32,000 nucleotides of DNA. Origin: Neisseria flavescens. Lineage in GTDB: Bacteria; Pseudomonadota; Gammaproteobacteria; Burkholderiales; Neisseriaceae. The DNA is taken from assembly GCF_001618075.1 (NCBI RefSeq), contig NZ_LAEJ01000024.1; one strand, given 5' to 3'. The position numbers were made by a program, and so were the translations under genes. The notes under the pieces are model-generated. The model made no database searches, was not told where the DNA came from, and saw only the letters and a list, made by a program, of their open reading frames with translations. Shown one piece after another: positions 1 through 7,258 of this stretch (positions are counted from its first letter, which is position 1; every line of letters begins with the position of its first letter).

Positions 1-1
1 A

Positions 2-94
2 TTACAACTAACTCATAAAAATGAATTAATTCTACAAAAAGATAACGAAATTAAAATGTTACAAAATGTAATTGAAACTCTTAGTAAAAAATAA
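2..94 (+). CDS. 3' end of an unidentified CDS entering from the left edge (partial)
   Basis: Frame 2 is open from the window edge to TAA at 92-94 (LQLTHKNELILQKDNEIKMLQNVIETLSKK*). The tail is K/E/L/I-rich and looks coiled-coil. A DUS hairpin follows at 101-130. It is too short to identify. Confidence 0.3.
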   Translation, partial: LQLTHKNELILQKDNEIKMLQNVIETLSKK

Positions 95-100
95 TTAAAA

Positions 101-130
101 AGGCCGTCTGAACATTTTTTCAGACGGCCT
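101..130. terminator. DUS inverted-repeat hairpin between convergent genes
   Basis: AGGCCGTCTGAA (101-112) and TTCAGACGGCCT (119-130) form a perfect 12-bp stem around a T-rich loop. Confidence 0.6.
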
Positions 131-153
131 TGTTCTATCTATAAACTTTCTGC

Positions 154-359
154 TTATTTCGGCAATACCAAAAAGCTAATCAGCAATTCTTTAAATACGA
201 ACCCAAACACACCCAAGCCCAAAACCAAGAAGAGCATGGCAATGCCGAATTTGCCGGCTTTGGATTCTTTACCCAAGTTCCAAACGATAAAACCCAAAAG
301 ATAATCAGGCCGGTGAGGAGGATTTTCATTGCCCACGAGGCAAATTCTGCTTCAGACAT
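154..359 (-). CDS. Small predicted two-TM membrane protein; reading frame ambiguous (possible 1-nt frameshift)
   Basis: ATG at 359 follows an AAGGA Shine-Dalgarno and gives MSEAEFASWAMKILLTGLIIFWVLSFGTW..., a clean TM helix. The listed 154..336 ORF is in another frame, starts at GTG without an SD, and has a clean C-terminal TM (FGIAMLFLVLGLGVFGFVF). One extra base near 270-285 would fuse the two parts into a protein of about 68 aa. Confidence 0.3.
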
Positions 360-400
360 TATTTTTTTCCTTTTATTCTTAAGATGTGTGTTTAATTGCT

Positions 401-435
401 TTCAGACGGCCTATTAAAATTTAAGGCCGTCTGAA
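401..435 (-). terminator. DUS inverted pair downstream of metZ
   Basis: TTCAGACGGCCT (401-412) and AGGCCGTCTGAA (424-435) flank an 11-nt AT loop, 14 nt past the metZ stop. Confidence 0.5.
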
Positions 436-448
436 ATTTGTTTTTAGA

Positions 449-1618
449 TTATTTGTTCAATGCTTGTTGCAAATCATCAATCAAATCGTCGATGTGTTCC
501 AAACCGACAGAGAGACGGATCAAACCCAGACGGATATTGGCGGCGAGTTTTTCTTCAGGCTGCATCCGGCCGTGCGTGGTTGTCCACGGATGGGTGATGG
601 TTGAACGCACATCGCCGAGGTTGGCAGTACGGGAGAAAAGCTCCACGCCGTCCACGACTTTCCATGCGGCTTCTTGGTCGGCAACTTCAAAGCCGATGAC
701 GATGCCGCCACCGTTTTGTTGCTTGCGGATAAGCTCTGCCTGCGGATGGTCGGGCAAACCGGTGTAGTACACGGCTTGGACTTGCGGCTGTTGTTGCAGC
801 CATTGGGCGATTTTCAACGCATTGTCAAACTGTTTTTCCATACGGATAGCGATGGTTTCGATACCACTGAGCAATTCCCAAGCATTGAATGGCGACATCG
901 CCAACCCGCAAGAGTTGCAATATATGGCAACTTGCGTCATCAGCTCTTCCGAACCGGCCAATACGCCGCCCATCACGCGGCCGTGTCCGTCGATGGCTTT
1001 GGTTGCAGAAGAAACAGAAATATCTGCGCCGTGTTTCAAAGGCTGCGAACCGACAGGCGATAAGAGGCTATTGTCCACCACCAAAAGCGCGCCGATGCTA
1101 TGCGCCAGTTCAGCCAGCGCTTCCAAATCGGCAACTTCGCCCAATGGGTTGGACGGAGTTTCCAAGAAAAACAGTTTGGTATTGGGCTTGATGGCCGCTT
1201 TCCATTCATCTACATCAACCGGTGATACATGGCTGACTTCGATGCCGAACTTGGTAACGATGTTGTTGATGAAACCGACGGTCGTGCCGAACAGGCTGCG
1301 GCTGGAAACAACGTGGTCGCCTGCTTGCAAGAAGGTAAAAAACGCCGCCTGAATTGCAGACATACCGGTCGAAGTGGCTACCGCGCGCTCTGCGCCTTCC
1401 AATGCGGCAATGCGTTTTTCAAAAGCGGCAGTAGTCGGATTAGCTGTACGGCTATAGGTAAAGCCTTTAATTTTTTTGGAAAACAAATCTGCCGCATGTT
1501 GCGCGCTTTCCCACATGAAGCTGCTGGTCAAAAACAGCGCCTGATTGTGTTCACGATATTCGGTCTGCTCTTTGCCGCCCCGGATGGCCAGTGTTTGCGG
1601 ATGAAGTTTTTTGTTCAT
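449..1618 (-). CDS. metZ: O-succinylhomoserine sulfhydrylase (Cys/Met-metabolism PLP-dependent enzyme)
   Basis: 389-aa ORF with family signatures: HPQTLAIRGG, YSRTANPT, a PLP-lysine context SSATKAIDGHG, and C-terminal RLSVGLE. Confidence 0.85.
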   Translation of the reverse strand: MNKKLHPQTLAIRGGKEQTEYREHNQALFLTSSFMWESAQHAADLFSKKIKGFTYSRTANPTTAAFEKRIAALEGAERAVATSTGMSAIQAAFFTFLQAGDHVVSSRSLFGTTVGFINNIVTKFGIEVSHVSPVDVDEWKAAIKPNTKLFFLETPSNPLGEVADLEALAELAHSIGALLVVDNSLLSPVGSQPLKHGADISVSSATKAIDGHGRVMGGVLAGSEELMTQVAIYCNSCGLAMSPFNAWELLSGIETIAIRMEKQFDNALKIAQWLQQQPQVQAVYYTGLPDHPQAELIRKQQNGGGIVIGFEVADQEAAWKVVDGVELFSRTANLGDVRSTITHPWTTTHGRMQPEEKLAANIRLGLIRLSVGLEHIDDLIDDLQQALNK

Positions 1619-1760
1619 TTATTCTCCAATCTACTGTATATTCCAATGGACGGAACAATATTTTCCGTCTGTTTAACTTGTTAACATTTTGCGCCGATTT
1701 CTACCATCTTTCAAGCCGAAGGCCGTGTTTCGGGCCGTCTGAAAAACAGGAAAACCGTTT

Positions 1761-2258
1761 TTACTGATAAAGGCGGCCATCGTGTTTCAACCAGCCGTCA
1801 GTATGCCGGCCTGACGGGTCATGGTGCGTCCAATGGATAACGCCACCCTGCTCCGACCATTCGTATTCGCCGTAAAATGCTACTTTATCGCCTTTTTTCA
1901 AACCCTTAATCTTATCGGCAAGGTCGATATTGTGTGCCACCAAAAGCGTCTGGCCGCTGGATAGCTTCAAGATAAAGCGTTGGTGGCGCGTGCCTTTGTT
2001 GTCATCCGGCAGGGTTTTCCATACCGTGCCCTCGCCCTCAACCTGAATATCGCTTTGTTCGTTTTCAAACGCCTGTTTCAAAACCGCTTCGGCTGATTCT
2101 TTGCCCGAACCGATTTGCTGCTGAGCCGTATCGGCATTCTTTTTGCCCGCATTATTTTGTTTTTGAACAGCTTCTATCTTCTGCTGATTCTGCGATTGTA
2201 GCGGCTGCTTGTTTTGCATTTTGTTATAGGCAAATACGGCAACCAGAGCAATCAGCAA
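1761..2258 (-). CDS. DUF3465 domain-containing protein
   Basis: 165-aa ORF with an N-terminal hydrophobic anchor. The C-terminal block FYGEYEWSEQGGVIHWTHHDPSGRHTDGWLKHDGRLY is typical of DUF3465. The listed start is TTG; an out-of-frame ATG at 2281 suggests an N-terminal frameshift (see findings). Confidence 0.75.
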   Translation of the reverse strand: MLIALVAVFAYNKMQNKQPLQSQNQQKIEAVQKQNNAGKKNADTAQQQIGSGKESAEAVLKQAFENEQSDIQVEGEGTVWKTLPDDNKGTRHQRFILKLSSGQTLLVAHNIDLADKIKGLKKGDKVAFYGEYEWSEQGGVIHWTHHDPSGRHTDGWLKHDGRLYQ

Positions 2259-2406
2259 TACAATGATTTTGTTTTATTCATAACAATCTCAAAAAAATGC
2301 CCGATTCTGCATCGGGCATATCAACTATTTAGAAAGGATATTTATCACGAAAACGTGAGCCATTATTATACACGCTTCGTAAAATTTTAAGGGAAATTTA
2401 CACCGA

Positions 2407-2434
2407 AGGCCGTCTGAAACTTTTCAGACGGCCT
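2407..2434 (-). terminator. DUS inverted-repeat hairpin after the 268-aa gene
   Basis: AGGCCGTCTGAA (2407-2418) and TTCAGACGGCCT (2423-2434) lie 7 nt past the stop at 2441. Confidence 0.6.
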
Positions 2435-2440
2435 GGATAC

Positions 2441-3247
2441 TCAACGGCGGTATTTCATTTCAGTCTTCATATCGTCCAAGATACGTTTGACGTTGTGTTC
2501 CAATACATCCTCCACCAAGCCCGGTGCCTGCTCGTTCAGCATTTGCTGCAACTGATAAGTGAACAAGGCCATTTGTTTTTGTACGGCAATCCGAATCATG
2601 CCGTTGACCGCATCGGCCACATGGGGGCGCAAACGTTTAATCAGACGCTCGGTCAAATCTTTTTCAGAAACGCAGAATACTTCCCGACGGCCAATCGCCT
2701 GCGGGTTCAATACATTGATATGGACATTGATGGCCGGTTCTTTTTCAGGTTCAAGGCCGTCTGAAACCGCCCCTTCAGCCGTTTCCGCATCATCATTTTC
2801 CGGTTTTTCAGTTTCTTCCACTTCAGGCATATCAAAATCTACTACACCTGATTTCGGATTCAATCTGACGGTGCGCGTTGATTCGATATGACGCTCTGAA
2901 GCCGCAGCCTGCAACGCTGATTGCGCGCTCAACCAGTTGTCCTGCAAAACCACCATCGCATCGGTTTCCACTGCTTCGCCATCGTCGGTCAAAGCAGTAT
3001 TGTGTTCCAACTGCCAACGGTACAAATACTCTTCCAGCACTTTTTCACGATTGTCTGCATCCAGTTTATATTCTTTTTTAGCCGCGGTTTTGGATGCGGT
3101 ATCGACAGCTTCGTCCGATTTTTTGACCAATGGTGCATGGGTCGGCGCGGTATTGAATTGTCGCGCCTGACGCAATCTTTCCAGGCGTTTTTCCCAATTC
3201 AGGTCTTCTTCCTCGAGGGCTGAGGGGTCAAGACGGTTGTTTTCCAT
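2441..3247 (-). CDS. Hypothetical acidic protein (Glu/Asp-rich centre, helical basic C-terminus)
   Basis: 268-aa ORF, ATG start. All overlapping plus-strand ORFs are shorter with low-complexity translations. No motif recognised. It contains an in-frame DUS at 2754-2765. Confidence 0.6.
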   Translation of the reverse strand: MENNRLDPSALEEEDLNWEKRLERLRQARQFNTAPTHAPLVKKSDEAVDTASKTAAKKEYKLDADNREKVLEEYLYRWQLEHNTALTDDGEAVETDAMVVLQDNWLSAQSALQAAASERHIESTRTVRLNPKSGVVDFDMPEVEETEKPENDDAETAEGAVSDGLEPEKEPAINVHINVLNPQAIGRREVFCVSEKDLTERLIKRLRPHVADAVNGMIRIAVQKQMALFTYQLQQMLNEQAPGLVEDVLEHNVKRILDDMKTEMKYRR

Positions 3248-3409
3248 AATAATCTCGTTTTTTCATTTTTATTGTGAACCGTATTCAAGCCTAAAATCAT
3301 TTGAAATACAGCCGATGGTTGGACATATCCGGCAAGCCGGCGCAAGCGTCACATTTTAATATTAATTCGCTATATAATCACTATTTTATTTAATACTCAA
3401 GGATACATC

Positions 3410-3661
3410 ATGAGCAGCATCGAACAACGCCTCGAATATCTGGAAGAGGCCAACGACGCTTTGCGTATGCAAAACCACGTCCTCGCCACCGCGCTGAAAG
3501 GCCTTATCCGCTCCCTGCCCTCCGACATGGCCAACGATGCCGTAGAATCCATCCAGCTTGCCTTTGAAGACGCGTTGGCGGAATTGAGCTATGAAGACAG
3601 TCCGCACACCGACCTCTTCCATGACGTAACCTACGCATTTTTCCGAGAAAAAGACCACTAA
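3410..3661 (+). CDS. Hypothetical 83-aa helical protein
   Basis: ATG is preceded by AAGGA about 8 nt upstream. The sequence is coiled-coil-like (MSSIEQRLEYLEEANDALRMQN...). The antisense 90-aa ORF lacks an SD and reads as noise. Confidence 0.55.
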   Translation: MSSIEQRLEYLEEANDALRMQNHVLATALKGLIRSLPSDMANDAVESIQLAFEDALAELSYEDSPHTDLFHDVTYAFFREKDH

Positions 3662-3737
3662 TTTCAGCTAGTTTGTTCACAAAATTATGCTAAACTAAGA
3701 TTTTATCCGTTAACATTTTATTAAGAAAGCACATATC

Positions 3738-4541
3738 ATGAACATGAAAAAATGGCTGGCCACTGCCCTCGCTTGTTCCGCCCTTGCCCTGACTGCCTGC
3801 GGCGGTCAAAGCAACAATGCCTCTGCTCCTGCCGATAAAGTGTACCGTGTCGGCTCTAACGCCGAGTTTGCCCCATTTGAATCTTTGGATTCTGCCGGCA
3901 AAGTAGAAGGTTTTGACGTAGATTTGATGAATGCCATGGCCAAAGCCGGCAACTTCAAAGTCGAATTCAAACACCAGCCATGGGAAAGCCTCTTCCCTTC
4001 TCTGAACAACGGCGACGTGGACATCGTTATGTCCGGCGTAACCATCACTGACGACCGCAAACAAAGCATGCTCTTCAGCGATCCATACTTTGAAATTACC
4101 CAAGTTGTCCTCGTTCCAAAAGGCAAAAAAGTGGCTTCTTCCGAAGACCTGAAAAACATGGCCAAAGTCGGCGTGGTAACCGGCTACACCGGGGACTTCT
4201 CCGTTTCCAAACTCTTGGGCAACGACAATCCGAAAATCGCCCGCTTTGAAAGCGTTCCCCTGATTATCAAAGAATTGGAAAACGGCGGTTTGGATTCCGT
4301 CGTCAGCGACAGCGCGGTTATTGCAAACTATGTGAAAAACAACCCGACCAAAGGCCTGGATTTCATCTCCCTGCCTGACTTCACCATCGAAAACTACGGT
4401 ATCGCTGCACGCAAAGGCGACGAAGCAACCATCAAAATGTTGAACGATGCGCTGAAAAAAGTACGCGAAAGTGGCGAATACGACAAAATTTACGCCAAAT
4501 ACTTTGCTAAAGAAGGCGAAAAAACCGAAGCAGCCAAATAA
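3738..4541 (+). CDS. Amino-acid ABC transporter substrate-binding lipoprotein (family 3 SBP)
   Basis: Signal peptide plus lipobox LALTAC|GG. SBP_bac_3 hallmarks: YRVGSNAEFAPFE, GFDVDLMNAMAK, VDIVMSGVTITDDR, SDPYF. No permease or ATPase gene lies adjacent. Confidence 0.85.
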   Translation: MNMKKWLATALACSALALTACGGQSNNASAPADKVYRVGSNAEFAPFESLDSAGKVEGFDVDLMNAMAKAGNFKVEFKHQPWESLFPSLNNGDVDIVMSGVTITDDRKQSMLFSDPYFEITQVVLVPKGKKVASSEDLKNMAKVGVVTGYTGDFSVSKLLGNDNPKIARFESVPLIIKELENGGLDSVVSDSAVIANYVKNNPTKGLDFISLPDFTIENYGIAARKGDEATIKMLNDALKKVRESGEYDKIYAKYFAKEGEKTEAAK

Positions 4542-4564
4542 TCCGGTTTGACTTCTTAAACTAA

Positions 4565-4593
4565 AGGCCGTCTGAAAAGTTTTCAGACGGCCT
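4565..4593 (+). terminator. DUS inverted-repeat hairpin
   Basis: AGGCCGTCTGAA (4565-4576) and TTCAGACGGCCT (4582-4593), just after the stop at 4541. Confidence 0.6.
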
Positions 4594-4670
4594 TTAATCT
4601 GGTTAACGCCATTAAACGCAAGCGTCCCCTATAATCCACTTGTTTTTATCCTTCAAATGAAAGACACGCC

Positions 4671-4910
4671 ATGCTCAAACCCATCATCCTCAGTCTCGCT
4701 GCCGCAACCGCTTTGGCCGCCTGCTCCGCTTCTGAAAAACCAGAATCTCCTAACGTCGGCGCAGCCAATCCGGCTTCCGAGTTCTGCGTCAAACAAGGCG
4801 GCAAATCCGAAATCAAAAAAGATAAAGACGGTAGCGAATACGGCGTGTGCCACTTGCCTGATGGTAAAGTCGTTGAAGAATGGGAATATTTCCGTCAACA
4901 CAACAAATAA
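4671..4910 (+). CDS. DUF333 domain lipoprotein (putative hemolysin-like, COG3042)
   Basis: 79 aa with lipobox LAAC|S. NPASEFCVKQGGK...GVCHLPDGKVVEEWEYFR matches the DUF333 Cys-containing pattern. Confidence 0.75.
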   Translation: MLKPIILSLAAATALAACSASEKPESPNVGAANPASEFCVKQGGKSEIKKDKDGSEYGVCHLPDGKVVEEWEYFRQHNK

Positions 4911-4927
4911 TTGCCCAATCATATAAA

Positions 4928-4958
4928 AGGCCGTCTGAACCCAAGTTTCAGACGGCCT
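4928..4958. terminator. DUS inverted-repeat hairpin between convergent DUF333 gene and serS
   Basis: AGGCCGTCTGAA (4928-4939) and TTCAGACGGCCT (4947-4958). Confidence 0.6.
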
Positions 4959-4974
4959 TTTATTTAAACAGCGA

Positions 4975-6282
<1,308 letters not shown>

Positions 6283-6352
6283 TTAAGATTCAGAATGGCA
6301 TTATTGTAAACCAATTTAAAGATATTTTCACAGCGACAGGCCGTCTGAAAAC

Positions 6353-6386
6353 AAAAAACGCCCCTGCAAAAGCAGGAGCGTTTTTT
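6353..6386 (-). terminator. Rho-independent terminator; apparently the original tRNA-Glu terminator, now ending the island operon
   Basis: Stem CGCCCCTGC (6359-6367) / GCAGGAGCG (6372-6380) with one mismatch, flanked by A6 and T6. On the minus strand it lies directly 3' of the tRNA 3'-end remnant at 6395-6412. Confidence 0.6.
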
Positions 6387-6394
6387 AAGAATTT

Positions 6395-6412
6395 TGGCAC
6401 GCCCACGAGGAT
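6395..6412 (-). repeat. Distal direct repeat (att-like): duplicate of the tRNA-Glu 3' end
   Basis: TGGCACGCCCACGAGGAT here versus TGGCACGCCCACGGGGAT at 15368-15385, a 17/18 match. Read on the minus strand it is ...GTGGGCGTGCCA, i.e. T-stem, acceptor and CCA. Confidence 0.7.
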
Positions 6413-6433
6413 AACTATCGGCACACAAAATAC

Positions 6434-7258
6434 TTACTGGTAGTTCAAATGTTGTTTCAATTTAGCTTCCTCAAGCCATCGTAAAGCATGATGACGGTCC
6501 AGTTCTTCTCGCTCCACATTGCTATCACTACCCGCCAAGCAATGCTGACAAACGCTACCACAATCAGCTGGGCAATTCAAACGGTCTAAAGCACGACTTA
6601 TGATACCGTTGATGTCATCTACAGCAGATAAAACGAAACCTGCGCCCCCTTCGGCTTTATCGTAAATCTGAATCAAACAGCGAACGGAACCTGTTTCCAA
6701 ATCTCTATCTGCTCGCACGGCATAGCCCATTTCAGTAGTTTCTATACCCAAAAAAGCAGCAATTTCATCGCGTACAGCAACGGCAATCGTGCGGGCGGTA
6801 GTTTTATCTCCACTACCTAGCCATGCCTTGGTTTGTGGATTTTTCAGAGCAATCTCCAATACATCGGTTGAGATATGATGGCCCAGATGGATATTGATCT
6901 GAACATTACTATTAGGACAATCTTTACTATTACTGCTAAGATCCAAACCGCCACCCAAGGTTTTATGATACTCACCCAAAAATACATTAGGCAGTTCACC
7001 TGCTTCAGTCATGGAATCAGCCCTACCGCATCTCATGCAAACAGCAAAACCTTTTTCATGCTTGCCACTAGAGCGAAACAGTACTCTACCGTCACTACCA
7101 TATCTAATTTCACCACACTCATGTTTTAGAAAGGCTACAGTTTCATCATCCAATTGTACTCTAGGAGGCTGGATAGGAACGAATGTTTGATAGGAAACAT
7201 CGTTGCTACTTTTTTCAAAAAAGTCAGTCAAAAAACCTGTTGGGTTAGTACCGTACAT
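6434..7258 (-). CDS. Helicase fragment 3: C-terminal part of the DUF1998-like zinc domain
   Basis: 274 aa with CMRCGRAD and the terminal CPADCGSVCQHCL cluster typical of DUF1998 ends. It overlaps fragment 2 by 31 nt in another frame and has no SD of its own. Confidence 0.7.
   Translation of the reverse strand: MYGTNPTGFLTDFFEKSSNDVSYQTFVPIQPPRVQLDDETVAFLKHECGEIRYGSDGRVLFRSSGKHEKGFAVCMRCGRADSMTEAGELPNVFLGEYHKTLGGGLDLSSNSKDCPNSNVQINIHLGHHISTDVLEIALKNPQTKAWLGSGDKTTARTIAVAVRDEIAAFLGIETTEMGYAVRADRDLETGSVRCLIQIYDKAEGGAGFVLSAVDDINGIISRALDRLNCPADCGSVCQHCLAGSDSNVEREELDRHHALRWLEEAKLKQHLNYQ

Noticed and set aside
331-340. A third copy of GCCCACGAGG, shared with the att-like remnant at 6401-6410.
   Set aside because: Only 10 nt match and the flanks differ (TT versus AC upstream). 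It lies inside a small ORF. A chance match at this length is plausible in 64 kb of two-strand search space.
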